Source: a virus. Taken from it: 64,000 nucleotides of DNA. The notes under the pieces were generated by a model, which saw only the letters and a program-made list of their open reading frames with translations, searched no databases and was not told the DNA's origin. This document shows, piece by piece, positions 1 to 10,037 of this stretch. The DNA lies in IMG/VR virus record IMGVR_UViG_3300043446_004488, positions 12,457-76,456 of that record. One strand, given 5' to 3'. Numbering within the stretch: the first letter of the stretch is position 1; each line of letters opens with the position of its first letter. Both the position numbers and the translations under genes were made by a program.

Positions 1-3000
1 ACAGCAATTGAAGAGGAAGAAACAGTAACTAATGTAGAGACCTCACTCTTAAATAAAGAATATGGAACAAAAGCTCTTGTGTTTAAATTTTCATTTTGAG
101 AATTTGTATCCTTAAGAGTTGGAATGAATCCAACAGAATACACTCTAGTAGCTGAACTGACATTTCCCTCTACAGTAAATGTAGTAACTCCAGTTACACT
201 GGTAACTGTACAAATTCCAAGAGCACTGTTATCAAATATAACTTTATTTCCTACAGCAAATGAATGAGGAGTTGGTGGAACAGAAGGAGTAGTGATTGTG
301 GTAATTCCTGTGGTGGAATTATAAACTGCAGATGCAATTGGATATCCAACACCAGACATTACAAAGACTGCATTTGTTGTTGCCTCTGTAGCACCAGAAG
401 AATTTTCAAATGTAATTGTATTTGGTGTTACTGAAGAAATTACAAATACTCCATTATTTCCAGAGTTTGTTGCTCCAAAAATTTGAATTGTATCTGGGTC
501 ACTTGCATCAAAGTTTAATCCTTGAGATGCTTGAATTTGTACAGTAGTTGTTGAAGTTGACCCAGGTATTCCTTTGATGGTCAATGACTCTCCTGAAGCA
601 TATCCAGAACCTGGATTTGAAATTTCAAAACTACCTGGAATACCTCCACTTACAGTCAGATTTACAGTAGCACCTTCTCCACTTCCACCACAAAGAGGGA
701 TATCATAGTATGTGCCATTTGAATATCCAGAACCAGCAGAAAGAATATTAACTTTTCTAATTCCTCCTAATCCATGATTTTGTGTAGTTGTAATCGTGAC
801 ATTATTACCAGATTTTGAGAATCCAGAAATTGTTTTTCCTAAATCAAAATCTTTTAAAAATTGAACAATCCCTTCTTTTGTAGAACTTAAATATGGGTCA
901 TTAATATTAACTAATCCAATTGTGCTTCTTGAAGCTGCAGTTGTAGAGGGATCTGGATCTACATTTAGATTATCAGGGTCTTTTTGAGGATAAACATTAT
1001 CTAAACTCTGTCCAAACTTATAATCATCAGAAGAAGAGAATGGAGAAGAAGAAGGAGTATTTTTAAATACATCTAATGTAATGTGATAAATTCCATCTGT
1101 AGAACCTTCAACATATTTTTGTATTTGTTTAATGTTATATGCTTGATAGTGATTTTCAATTTGATCGCAAGTAAAGAAAGGAAGATCACCTCTATTAGAA
1201 TCATAAATTGTATATGGTGCAACCTCAAAACTAGAAGATTGTGAACAATCTCTTGGAAGACTTAACCAATTTGCAGTTGTAGAAACTCCTGCAGTAATTG
1301 TTCCAGGATCTACTGAAATTGTATATGTAAATGTTAACTCATCAACTACAGAAGCAACTTCAAACTCTCCATTAAATCCTGTTCCAGTTCCAAGTCCAAC
1401 TGGTGTTGGTTCATTAGAACTTTTTAAATTATAAATGCTTACTTTGTTTCCAACCTTAAGATTGTGAGGGTTCTTTGTTGCAATAGTAACATCCCCACCT
1501 GTAGAAACTCCAACAAAAGAAGCATCAATAATTACATTTTTATTCCTTACCTGAGAAATTCCTTGAGTTAATTCAGTATTTGTTGATTGAGGATAAACAT
1601 CATTTAACAGACTTCCAGATTTTTGGAAGATAAATCCTGATGCTGGAACTGAAGCATTTGTAGCATCTTTTGGAACTACATATCTAATTCTATATGCTCT
1701 GTCATCATTTGATCTAGAATCAAAAATTCTTTTTAAGTAAACTACAGAATCTGCTACTCCAGAAACAAATCCTGCAGAAGGAGATGTAATTGAAATATAC
1801 CAATTCTTATTGGTATCATCCCACTGTACTGGGCTTCCAACACTTCCAGAGGATCTATCAGATACTCTACTTACAAGATATAAATTATTTGCAGTAACTC
1901 CTACTGAACTTGTAATATCTACAGGACCAGATCCTGCATTACAACTTGTAAGATTTTCATAAATTTCTACATTATTTCCAGAAATTGGTCTTACAAAATA
2001 TGTTTGATTATGAACAATACCATCAGGAAGTAATGAATTCTTTGCTATAATTTTTACTGCTAATCCAGTGCTAATTCCAGAAACACTAGACAAAGTTAAT
2101 CTATCAGTAGAGGTATTAATAGATGTAATATTTGTTTCTATTTTACCATTTGGACTAATGGTTGCACTATACTCAACATCCCCAATATTATAGTAAATTT
2201 TATCATCTGTTCTACCACCAATTGCATATCCTCTAATTTTATTTTTTGGTGGACTTAAAATATCATTATATCCATCCAAATAAATCTTGGAACTTGTATT
2301 TGTTATGGAAGAGGTAATTGTATAAACATTAATGTTTTGTTCATTAAGTGCAACATCCTTTGGAGGAATTAAATGCGTTATAAATCCATGATCATCTTTG
2401 GGGAATGCATTTGCTTTAAATCCTTTAGAGAATAATGCATTTTGACCAAAGTTGGAGTTAGAGTTTGTAATACTTTGGTCTCCACCAGTGTCAGAAACAA
2501 ATTGATTTGCATATCCAATTGCAAAAATTGAGACGCACTGAATAAATGCATCATTAGATGCTTTAATGTGGAAACTTGACCACTCTGGCCTATAAACAGA
2601 ATCAGATTCTTGATGTAAAAATTCAGTAAAACCACTTTGATATAAGTAATTTCCAGTTGTTTCATCATATTTTACAAATGCTCTGTCATCTTTCTGAAGA
2701 GAAATACCTGTAAATTGAGCAGTCACCATGGATCTGAATCCAGTTGCCTTAGACCCATCTGCATGAAGTCCATTCATACCATAAACAGACTTCAGGCTAC
2801 AGTTGAAAATGTATGGTGAAGATGAAGTTGTAGTATCCGAAATAACTTTAACTGATGCTCCACTTACACTTGGGTTTAAAGTTGATACAGGAGCTGTAAC
2901 TGTTAAATATGTAAATCTTGTTGATGAAAGAACTTGAGATACTATAAAGTTTCCATTATATTCTGCTGGATCTGCATCAAGACCCACTCCAGAAATTAAA

Positions 3001-3920
3001 ATTGGAGTAAGTGGTGATAATTCATGTTCTGTTTCTGTATCTACTGTAATTACATTAGAACCAACAGTCCCAGTTACATCAGAAATATTAATTGCTCCTG
3101 CACCAAGTTCTCCAACAATTCTATATTCATCTGTATTTGGTTGGAAATTTAAATATCCATCAATTACACTTCTTCCTGATTGCTGACCATATCCAAGAGC
3201 CAACTTGTAATAATACATCTCAAGGTCAGTATGACCAGTATCAACAGAATTTTTAATTACATGATTCACACCATCTGCATATTCAAATGCAGTCAGTTTG
3301 TGGTGAGAATATGATGGAGTAACTTTATTTGTACCATAAGTATTAAAAACTTTACCCAGAGGATCACCATCATAAATGGTAAATCCAAAAAAGTAGCAAG
3401 AACCAGTTAATCTAAAAATTGCAGTTTTTTCATAATCATCATTTTCAGGATCTGGAACATATAATGGACGAATTTTTGTTTTTCTTAAATCCGTTGCAAC
3501 AAGTGAAGTTCCTTTGGGAAGAATGACTCCACCATTTATACTATTATAAACATAAAGTTCATTATCAACATCTGTAATATCAAAATTACTTAGAATGTTA
3601 AATTCAGAAATTGTTTTTGTTGAACCATTAATATCTTTAACAACATTACTTGAATCAACATAGTATCCAGGTCTATTATCAATGTAATGTGTTCCTGGAG
3701 AAATCATAATTGTAGTCTGGTCAAACAGGTCGTTGTTTGATCCAGCAACATATGAAAATCTAGCTGCCTCTAAAAGTGCTCTTTGGATTGTCTTGAATGG
3801 ACGTAATCTTGAATTTCCTCTATTTTCAATTGAATCAGTTGCATCTAACTCATTTGGATCTACATATAAGGTATTACCACTCAGATTTTTAAGAAAATTC
3901 TCTAATCGTGCTAAAGGCAT
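1..3920 (-). CDS. Giant virion structural / tail-fibre-like protein (3' end runs off the window; >1300 aa)
   Basis: Absent from ORF track because there is no stop in the window. ATG at 3918-3920 reads MPLARLENFLKNLSGNTLYVDPNELDATDSIENRGNSRLRPFKTIQRAL, an N-terminus typical of large cyanomyovirus structural proteins; same frame still reads G/S/T-rich sense codons at positions 3-32; TAAATA late-promoter motif just upstream. Confidence 0.8.
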   Translation of the reverse strand, partial: MPLARLENFLKNLSGNTLYVDPNELDATDSIENRGNSRLRPFKTIQRALLEAARFSYVAGSNNDLFDQTTIMISPGTHYIDNRPGYYVDSSNVVKDINGSTKTISEFNILSNFDITDVDNELYVYNSINGGVILPKGTSLVATDLRKTKIRPLYVPDPENDDYEKTAIFRLTGSCYFFGFTIYDGDPLGKVFNTYGTNKVTPSYSHHKLTAFEYADGVNHVIKNSVDTGHTDLEMYYYKLALGYGQQSGRSVIDGYLNFQPNTDEYRIVGELGAGAINISDVTGTVGSNVITVDTETEHELSPLTPILISGVGLDADPAEYNGNFIVSQVLSSTRFTYLTVTAPVSTLNPSVSGASVKVISDTTTSSSPYIFNCSLKSVYGMNGLHADGSKATGFRSMVTAQFTGISLQKDDRAFVKYDETTGNYLYQSGFTEFLHQESDSVYRPEWSSFHIKASNDAFIQCVSIFAIGYANQFVSDTGGDQSITNSNSNFGQNALFSKGFKANAFPKDDHGFITHLIPPKDVALNEQNINVYTITSSITNTSSKIYLDGYNDILSPPKNKIRGYAIGGRTDDKIYYNIGDVEYSATISPNGKIETNITSINTSTDRLTLSSVSGISTGLAVKIIAKNSLLPDGIVHNQTYFVRPISGNNVEIYENLTSCNAGSGPVDITSSVGVTANNLYLVSRVSDRSSGSVGSPVQWDDTNKNWYISITSPSAGFVSGVADSVVYLKRIFDSRSNDDRAYRIRYVVPKDATNASVPASGFIFQKSGSLLNDVYPQSTNTELTQGISQVRNKNVIIDASFVGVSTGGDVTIATKNPHNLKVGNKVSIYNLKSSNEPTPVGLGTGTGFNGEFEVASVVDELTFTYTISVDPGTITAGVSTTANWLSLPRDCSQSSSFEVAPYTIYDSNRGDLPFFTCDQIENHYQAYNIKQIQKYVEGSTDGIYHITLDVFKNTPSSSPFSSSDDYKFGQSLDNVYPQKDPDNLNVDPDPSTTAASRSTIGLVNINDPYLSSTKEGIVQFLKDFDLGKTISGFSKSGNNVTITTTQNHGLGGIRKVNILSAGSGYSNGTYYDIPLCGGSGEGATVNLTVSGGIPGSFEISNPGSGYASGESLTIKGIPGSTSTTTVQIQASQGLNFDASDPDTIQIFGATNSGNNGVFVISSVTPNTITFENSSGATEATTNAVFVMSGVGYPIASAVYNSTTGITTITTPSVPPTPHSFAVGNKVIFDNSALGICTVTSVTGVTTFTVEGNVSSATRVYSVGFIPTLKDTNSQNENLNTRAFVPYSLFKSEVSTLVTVSSSSIA

Positions 3921-3989
3921 TTCAGATTATCCTTTAATTATACTTCTTCTGTCTTATTTATCAATAAATAGGATTACCAATATTTTTGA

Positions 3990-4715
3990 ATGATGGCAAT
4001 CAGCACGCAAACTGAAGCACTTATTGAGTTATATAATCAAAAAATTACCTTAGATACTCAACAGATAAATCAAGTCAATTATGTTCAGGCAGGATATGTA
4101 ATTCAAACTGGTGTAGGAGATACTGAAAGATTTAAAGTTTGGGGAACTAATGAGATTATAGAAAATTATAATTATTCTATTTCAAAATTAGACAATCAAA
4201 TTATTGCTTTAAATACTGAAATTCAAGACTTGCAGAATGATATTTTAAATGTAAAACAAACTGCAAATAGTAATGGATGTCCTGGTGCTATTTGGCAAAT
4301 TGGTTTTACAACAACCACTGAGTATGAAGATACTTTAAATTATGTTGGATATGGATTTACTGCACCAAATCCATTTTCTTCAATTTCTGGAATACTCACC
4401 ACATCAAATGCTGGAATTGGAACATACAACTACACATCACAATCTTCCATTGGACAATATTTTGAACCAATAACTGGTGGAGGATGTACAAGTTATGTAA
4501 GTCAAATTAATGACCTTGAAACTCAAGTATCTTCTTTACAAGGAGAAAGAGATAACTTAATTATTAAAGTTAATACTCTTAAGGCAAGTAGAGTTTCAGC
4601 TGAATTACAAAATTATGCATACAATCAGTCAAAAAACCAACTTAATGAATCAATTGCAACTAATACTGCAATTCTAACTTTCCTTCAAGATCCTGCAAAT
4701 GCAGGATTTTTATGA
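3990..4715 (+). CDS. Hypothetical coiled-coil protein, probably virion-associated
   Basis: 241-aa ORF with two heptad-rich segments; ATAAATA late-promoter motif at ~3964-3970. Confidence 0.6.
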   Translation: MMAISTQTEALIELYNQKITLDTQQINQVNYVQAGYVIQTGVGDTERFKVWGTNEIIENYNYSISKLDNQIIALNTEIQDLQNDILNVKQTANSNGCPGAIWQIGFTTTTEYEDTLNYVGYGFTAPNPFSSISGILTTSNAGIGTYNYTSQSSIGQYFEPITGGGCTSYVSQINDLETQVSSLQGERDNLIIKVNTLKASRVSAELQNYAYNQSKNQLNESIATNTAILTFLQDPANAGFL

Positions 4716-4786
4716 AAAACCCTACAGGTCATTTTTTACCTGGAAATTTTCGAGGGGGTTTTTGGAATTAAAAGTCAATTTTGATA

Positions 4787-4871
4787 TAGGAGTAGGGAGG
4801 GTCGAACTCCCACGGGATTAACTCCCAACGGATTTTAAGTCCGGTGCGTCTACCTATTCCGCCATACTCCC
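4787..4871 (-). tRNA. trnL: tRNA-Leu(UAA)
   Basis: GGGAGTA/TACTCCT acceptor stem, anticodon loop CTTAAAA, long variable arm, GTTCGA T-loop; no encoded CCA. Confidence 0.95.
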
Positions 4872-4943
4872 AGATGAGGACTTACCCAGCCTCAGGTTTC
4901 CCTTCATAGGCACGGTGCCTCAGCACTTCCTTCACACCCAATT

Positions 4944-4972
4944 ATTTTAGAAGAAGAAGCAACCTTTGTCAA
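4944..4972 (-). promoter_or_regulatory. sigma70-type promoter upstream of tRNA-Leu
   Basis: TTGACA-N17-TAAAAT on the minus strand. Confidence 0.75.
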
Positions 4973-5139
4973 CCATCATAGACCAGTTGACCACGAAGTT
5001 CTGCAAGTTTTGCCTGTGCAAAGCACTCCACACAAGTCCAATAGACCTCACCACTGACCATATTGGAATCAGCAAAATGTGCAGCAATATCTTCCTGAAG
5101 TCCTTTCAGTTCTTCCAGTTGGTCACGATCAATGTGCAT
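4969..5139 (-). CDS. Small conserved cyanophage hypothetical protein (56 aa)
   Basis: Read manually: MHIDRDQLEELKGLQEDIAAHFADSNMVSGEVYWTCVECFAQAKLAELRGQLVYDG; TTGCAG-N17-TATGAT promoter upstream. Confidence 0.7.
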   Translation of the reverse strand: MHIDRDQLEELKGLQEDIAAHFADSNMVSGEVYWTCVECFAQAKLAELRGQLVYDG

Positions 5140-5175
5140 AGTTGATAGGGGGTTGCTTACCTATCCATCATAGCA

Positions 5176-5874
5176 CTAGGAGCAGCATTCTGCAAGCTTG
5201 GTGGACAGTTCTTGAATCGTCTCCTTGAGTGAATTAATTTGTTCTTGTTGTTCTTTCATTCCTTCAATTAAAAGTGCAACAAGATTTTCATATTTAATAC
5301 TTTTTAATGTTTGACTTTCTATAGTTTCATTTCTAACAACTTCTGGAATAATTTCTTCTACTTCTTGTGCTATTAATCCTATCTGTCTATCTTCTTCTTT
5401 TGCTCTTTGTGGAACAACAGTTTCATCCCAATCAAAACTAACTCCTCTCAAATTTAAAACTTTTTCTAAGGAATTTATAAGTGGTTCTACATTCTTTTTT
5501 GCTGTTTGATCTGAACATGGAGCAACACAAATGGATGATCCATTCTTTTTCCAAGGTCCCCAAAGATTTCCATTTGGGGAAGAACTATTTGAGGTTGGAG
5601 TAACATTATCTTGAGTTGGTTCTACATTTAATTGACCACCAACACCAGTTTTAAATCCAAGTAGATTACTGAGTCCAGTAATAGATTGTAATCCAAGTCC
5701 ACCAAAAAGTCCTTGGGCAAGCAAAGCACCATTTATATTGGTAATTCCAGTTGACTGTAAACTAAAAGGAACTGTTGGGTCTAAAGATGGCCAAGCGTCT
5801 ATTGTGGCAATAGGAGGTGCTAATGCTGTTCCAGTTTGAATTGATTCTGATTCAATAGTATTAATAGTTGCCAT
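5176..5874 (-). CDS. Short tail/spike protein with C-terminal intramolecular chaperone (peptidase S74) domain
   Basis: SDQTAKKN...GLIAQEVEEIIPEVV...Y.NLVALLIEGMKEQQ is the S74 autocleaving chaperone signature. Confidence 0.8.
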   Translation of the reverse strand: MATINTIESESIQTGTALAPPIATIDAWPSLDPTVPFSLQSTGITNINGALLAQGLFGGLGLQSITGLSNLLGFKTGVGGQLNVEPTQDNVTPTSNSSSPNGNLWGPWKKNGSSICVAPCSDQTAKKNVEPLINSLEKVLNLRGVSFDWDETVVPQRAKEEDRQIGLIAQEVEEIIPEVVRNETIESQTLKSIKYENLVALLIEGMKEQQEQINSLKETIQELSTKLAECCS

Positions 5875-5877
5875 AAG

Positions 5878-6444
5878 TTAATATCCAAATAAATTTGTAG
5901 CTAAGGTTTGAACAATGCTTAAAAGATTAGATGGACACAAAGATACTTTTGGTTCTACAATTGAAACACCAGCATTTGAATTTATATAGATTGGTCCAGG
6001 AGAACGAAGAAGCATTCTTGTTCTTGCACCAATTGCTACCACAGATCCATCAAGTTTAATGGTATCATTTGCTTCTAATTGAAGATTTCCTTTAGATCTT
6101 ATGACAAGATTTTGATCACTTCCAGAGGATTCAAATCTTATAGTTCTTGCAGATAGTGTAATTTCACCATTTCCAGCATCAAATCTTATATTATTTGCTT
6201 TTACTACTAATCCATCCTTAGATTGACTTAAGATATTATCAGCCTTGGTTGCACTTGATTGACTTTGTATTTCAAATCCACCATCCTTAAAAAGTTTTAG
6301 ACAAGCATTTGATGCTGCATGTAATTCTATTTGGCGTTGTCTTTTGTCAGGAGTATCTTCTCCAATAAAAATAGTTCCATAATTTGCATCATTAATTACA
6401 TAACCATCCTTTGGTGGTTGATAATCAGACATGATCTTCTGCAC
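5878..6444 (-). CDS. gp5 C-terminal-like beta-helix baseplate spike protein
   Basis: Repetitive short beta-strand pattern; directly follows gp5. Confidence 0.5.
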   Translation of the reverse strand: MQKIMSDYQPPKDGYVINDANYGTIFIGEDTPDKRQRQIELHAASNACLKLFKDGGFEIQSQSSATKADNILSQSKDGLVVKANNIRFDAGNGEITLSARTIRFESSGSDQNLVIRSKGNLQLEANDTIKLDGSVVAIGARTRMLLRSPGPIYINSNAGVSIVEPKVSLCPSNLLSIVQTLATNLFGY

Positions 6445-8473
6445 AAAGTACTACTTGTTTTATCTTATTTGCATCAGTTTCTCCAGTAACTGGTTCAACT
6501 GGTTTAAACTCTAAGATAGGTTGAAGAATTGCTCCTTCTCCACTTTGGGTATTTATGATGAGTTCAGGAAGTGTTCTAACTGAACTTCCAGGATTTACAA
6601 TAGTTACATCAATAATTCTTCCATCCAAATCAACCTTTGGATAAATTTCAATATCACTATTTGAACATACACTATCTGTAATTAAATCAGTAGTTTGATA
6701 TCCAATACCAGTTGTAAGAACTTTAACTCCAACAATAGTTCCAATAACTTCTGATCCTGTTTGATCAATTGGATTTGTTGAACAAGGATCTCCTCCAGGG
6801 GTTAAGTATCCAGATCCAGGAGTATCCACAATTACAGAAACAACTTTACCATCTTTAATAACTGCTGTTGCACTAGCTCCATTTCCATTTCCACAAGAAT
6901 CTTCAACTGAAATATATGGAGGACTTGAATAACCAGTTCCAGAATTTTGAACTGTAATTCCTATTAATTGTCCAAGAGCATCCACTACAGCAAGTCCTGT
7001 AGCTCCTGATCCCCCACCACCAAAAAATTGAATTGTTGGAAGACCACAATCTAAATTTACTGCATCACAATATCCATAAGAAGATGACAAGTATGAAGAT
7101 GTCTGATCAGATCCTGCACCAACAATTCCCAACCAAGTTTCAGCTGCTTGTTTACCATCTTGAATTGTCTGAGTTGGATAATTTAAAATCTTTTGAACAT
7201 TTTCAATTGTTTCTTGAGGAATATATCCTTTATTCATTTGGTAATTATAAACTGTTTTACATTCTGCTGATTCACAATCTAAGAAACTTAATGCTTGATT
7301 TGCATAATTTAATGCCTGAAAAACATAGTTATTAATTTCTCCAATTGTTCCAGATAATGATGAAGTAAATTCACTCAATGCTGGTCCAATTGCATCACTA
7401 ATTTCATTTGTGACTGTTGAAATAATACTTCCAACAAATGCCTCTGCTGCACAAATTGGAATATTAGTAATTGCACCAGCCAATTGCATCAAAAAATTAA
7501 AAACAAATTCTCCAATTCCTTTTAAAACTTTGGAAAATGCACACCAAATACTATCAGCAACTTTATCTACAGCAAGTTGTTTTAATATTTTAATATCTTT
7601 AGGAAGAATTGAATTAATTGCTCCCTCCAACCAACTATAGAGAGATTTCATAACTAAATCTCTCATATACTTAATATAATCACTAAACAAATCTGATAAT
7701 GCAATTGCTGCTTCTTGTGCTAAACCAGGAAGGTCAGTAATCTTATTAAAAATTGGATCAATAAATCCACTTTGAACTTGAAGATATGTATTTAAAACTC
7801 TAATAAATTTTCTTAGGGTTTGTACAATTTTAGAGTATGTAGAATTTGAATTTTTACAAACTGGAGGTACTGATAATATTTGTTCCTGCCCAGGTCTATT
7901 TAAATCTACAGATTCTGCACCTTGAGTAGTTTGAAAAACTGCTGTACTTCCTATTCCTGAGTTTACTTTATTATCAACCAATGGAGATTTAGTAGATCCA
8001 TTAGAATTAAAAGATCTACCAGTCAAATCTTTATTGTTTGGATTAAATGATGTAGTTCTTTTCTTAAATGGTTTAAATCCATTTGTACCTTCATTCCATC
8101 CATTAGAATGTTCTATTGTATACCCAGACCCTAAAGCACCTATGATGACTGGTTGTTGTCCATTGTCACCATCAATAAAAAATCCTATAACTGTTTCTCC
8201 TCCTTTAGGAACATTATAGAAAACATTTCCTCCAGTTCCAGTTCCCATATTTAAAGGAACTAAAACATGTGCCCAAGGAAGTTCATCATCAGGAATTACT
8301 TTATTTGAATCTGGATGATATCCTATAATTCTAACTTTTGCTTTAAATCCCGAACCAACTTTATCTTGAGAAGAATCCAAGACAGAAACATATTGAGTTA
8401 CTAATCCTATAAACCACCTAAAAGATTCTTTTCCTAAAAAGTTGGGACTAATTAGGGATTGTTCAAGCATCAT
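6425..8473 (-). CDS. gp5: Baseplate hub subunit gp5
   Basis: N-terminal OB-fold motifs FRWFIG, KVRIIGYH, DELPWA, GETVIGFFIDGDNGQQPVIIG. Confidence 0.85.
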   Translation of the reverse strand: MMLEQSLISPNFLGKESFRWFIGLVTQYVSVLDSSQDKVGSGFKAKVRIIGYHPDSNKVIPDDELPWAHVLVPLNMGTGTGGNVFYNVPKGGETVIGFFIDGDNGQQPVIIGALGSGYTIEHSNGWNEGTNGFKPFKKRTTSFNPNNKDLTGRSFNSNGSTKSPLVDNKVNSGIGSTAVFQTTQGAESVDLNRPGQEQILSVPPVCKNSNSTYSKIVQTLRKFIRVLNTYLQVQSGFIDPIFNKITDLPGLAQEAAIALSDLFSDYIKYMRDLVMKSLYSWLEGAINSILPKDIKILKQLAVDKVADSIWCAFSKVLKGIGEFVFNFLMQLAGAITNIPICAAEAFVGSIISTVTNEISDAIGPALSEFTSSLSGTIGEINNYVFQALNYANQALSFLDCESAECKTVYNYQMNKGYIPQETIENVQKILNYPTQTIQDGKQAAETWLGIVGAGSDQTSSYLSSSYGYCDAVNLDCGLPTIQFFGGGGSGATGLAVVDALGQLIGITVQNSGTGYSSPPYISVEDSCGNGNGASATAVIKDGKVVSVIVDTPGSGYLTPGGDPCSTNPIDQTGSEVIGTIVGVKVLTTGIGYQTTDLITDSVCSNSDIEIYPKVDLDGRIIDVTIVNPGSSVRTLPELIINTQSGEGAILQPILEFKPVEPVTGETDANKIKQVVLCAEDHV

Positions 8474-8682
8474 AAGTCAAACACCCTACACTCTAATGCA
8501 TTTGGATTTTGATCACAGTACAATTCTAAAGAACTTGGATCATGATCATCTTCAGGATGATTGGCATGATAGGTTTCTAAAGATTTTAATTCATCTTCTA
8601 CATGTCTACGTCTTTGAGATGAAATCATTGGATTATGAAGTTCATCTTTATCTTTTTGAATGTGATCGTTGATGTTGGTCAT
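8470..8682 (-). CDS. cp12: CP12 Calvin-cycle regulator
   Basis: C-terminal LELYCDQNPNALECRVFD motif with the CP12 Cys pair. Confidence 0.9.
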   Translation of the reverse strand: MTNINDHIQKDKDELHNPMISSQRRRHVEDELKSLETYHANHPEDDHDPSSLELYCDQNPNALECRVFDL

Positions 8683-10037
8683 TGTGGTGGAGCGCCATAG
8701 GAATCTCTGATAAGTTTAAGACCAGTATATCCTTGGTTTTGTTCGAATAAGTGTGATAACTCTTTAATTAAATAATAACCAGATTTTAACTGATCTTTTG
8801 TTCCCCTTTCACTTTCACTTTTAGTTATAGTACCAAAATCCAGTTCAATTATATCACCAACAGTTAGATTTAAATTTAGTGGGACTGTAATATTTAATTT
8901 CTGAGAAAAAGCTAAGTTATATCTGGACAGCGATGCTGCTTGATATAAAGGAGTCTTATCTTCGTTATTTAGTGCAGATTCTCTGCTTGTGTTTGCGGGA
9001 TCTGAGTTATAATTATCAAGAATTCTAACCATCAATCTGGAAGGATGCTCTTTAGAATCCAACTCTAAAGGAACTGGAGGAGTTACATTTGAGCTTGATG
9101 CATGATCCATTAATTTATAACTATCTTTAAGTGTATATGTGTGTTCATAAAACTTTCTACCATCAATATCAAAAAAGTAATTCAAACTTGAGTACATACC
9201 AATTCTCAAGTTTTCCATAATATTTACATTTTTTTCAAAGACTGGAACAGTTAATACTTTAAAATTTGAATTTGGATCTGCTGCTACATCAGTTCTAGCT
9301 TTATATACATACTTGATAATATTTTTTTTATTTGCTGTATTTGCCTCAAATCCACTCATTAATGTGTCAATACTTTTAAAATTAAATCCTTCTTTGTTTT
9401 GATAAAAAAGATATCCTGCAGTACCTTGTGTTGGACTAGAAGAGGTTGTATTAGAAATTGCTGCTGGTATTGACTTAGGACATAACCAAGTCAATACAGT
9501 AAAAGGTCTTTTTATATTACCATAAAATACATAACTGTTTGATGTTGGTTCTATATTCTTTTCATTATAATTTGTGGTTTGCAAAACATCCTTTAAAATA
9601 GTGCTAACACTATCTTTTATATTACCCTTATATTTTCTAATTACTCTTGAGGTTTCATTTTTAAAAACTTCAGCAGGACACAACTCTACAATCAATGCTT
9701 CTCTGGTAGATTCAGTTGTTGAAGCATAAACTTTATAGATGTAATAAGTATTCTTAGTTTCATCAAGTTTAATAAGTTGTCCTGTTGCTGGTTGTTCTAT
9801 TTCTAAACTTACTCTTTCACCACCTTTAATTCCAGGTTGCATAGAAGAATTTTTATTTGTCAATCTTGTTAGAATTCCTTCAGTATCAACCAAAAGAATA
9901 GATACAAAAATTGCTGGAGAAAATAAATCTTCATAGTACTGCACAGAAGAAACGCATTGAGTCACATCAATTATAGATGAACCATCATAAGATTCAATCA
10001 AAAATTGTTTAATTTTATAATTAAGATATGATTGCAT
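8679..10037 (-). CDS. Baseplate hub protein (gp27-like)
   Basis: 452 aa, position before gp5, motifs YLFYQNKEGFNFKSID and SGYYLIKELSH typical of hub proteins. Confidence 0.6.
   Translation of the reverse strand: MQSYLNYKIKQFLIESYDGSSIIDVTQCVSSVQYYEDLFSPAIFVSILLVDTEGILTRLTNKNSSMQPGIKGGERVSLEIEQPATGQLIKLDETKNTYYIYKVYASTTESTREALIVELCPAEVFKNETSRVIRKYKGNIKDSVSTILKDVLQTTNYNEKNIEPTSNSYVFYGNIKRPFTVLTWLCPKSIPAAISNTTSSSPTQGTAGYLFYQNKEGFNFKSIDTLMSGFEANTANKKNIIKYVYKARTDVAADPNSNFKVLTVPVFEKNVNIMENLRIGMYSSLNYFFDIDGRKFYEHTYTLKDSYKLMDHASSSNVTPPVPLELDSKEHPSRLMVRILDNYNSDPANTSRESALNNEDKTPLYQAASLSRYNLAFSQKLNITVPLNLNLTVGDIIELDFGTITKSESERGTKDQLKSGYYLIKELSHLFEQNQGYTGLKLIRDSYGAPPQ

Noticed and set aside
2378-3993. 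Track ORFs 2378-2668 (-) and 3733-3993 (+)
   Set aside because: They lie within or antisense to the >1300-aa structural gene that the track missed.
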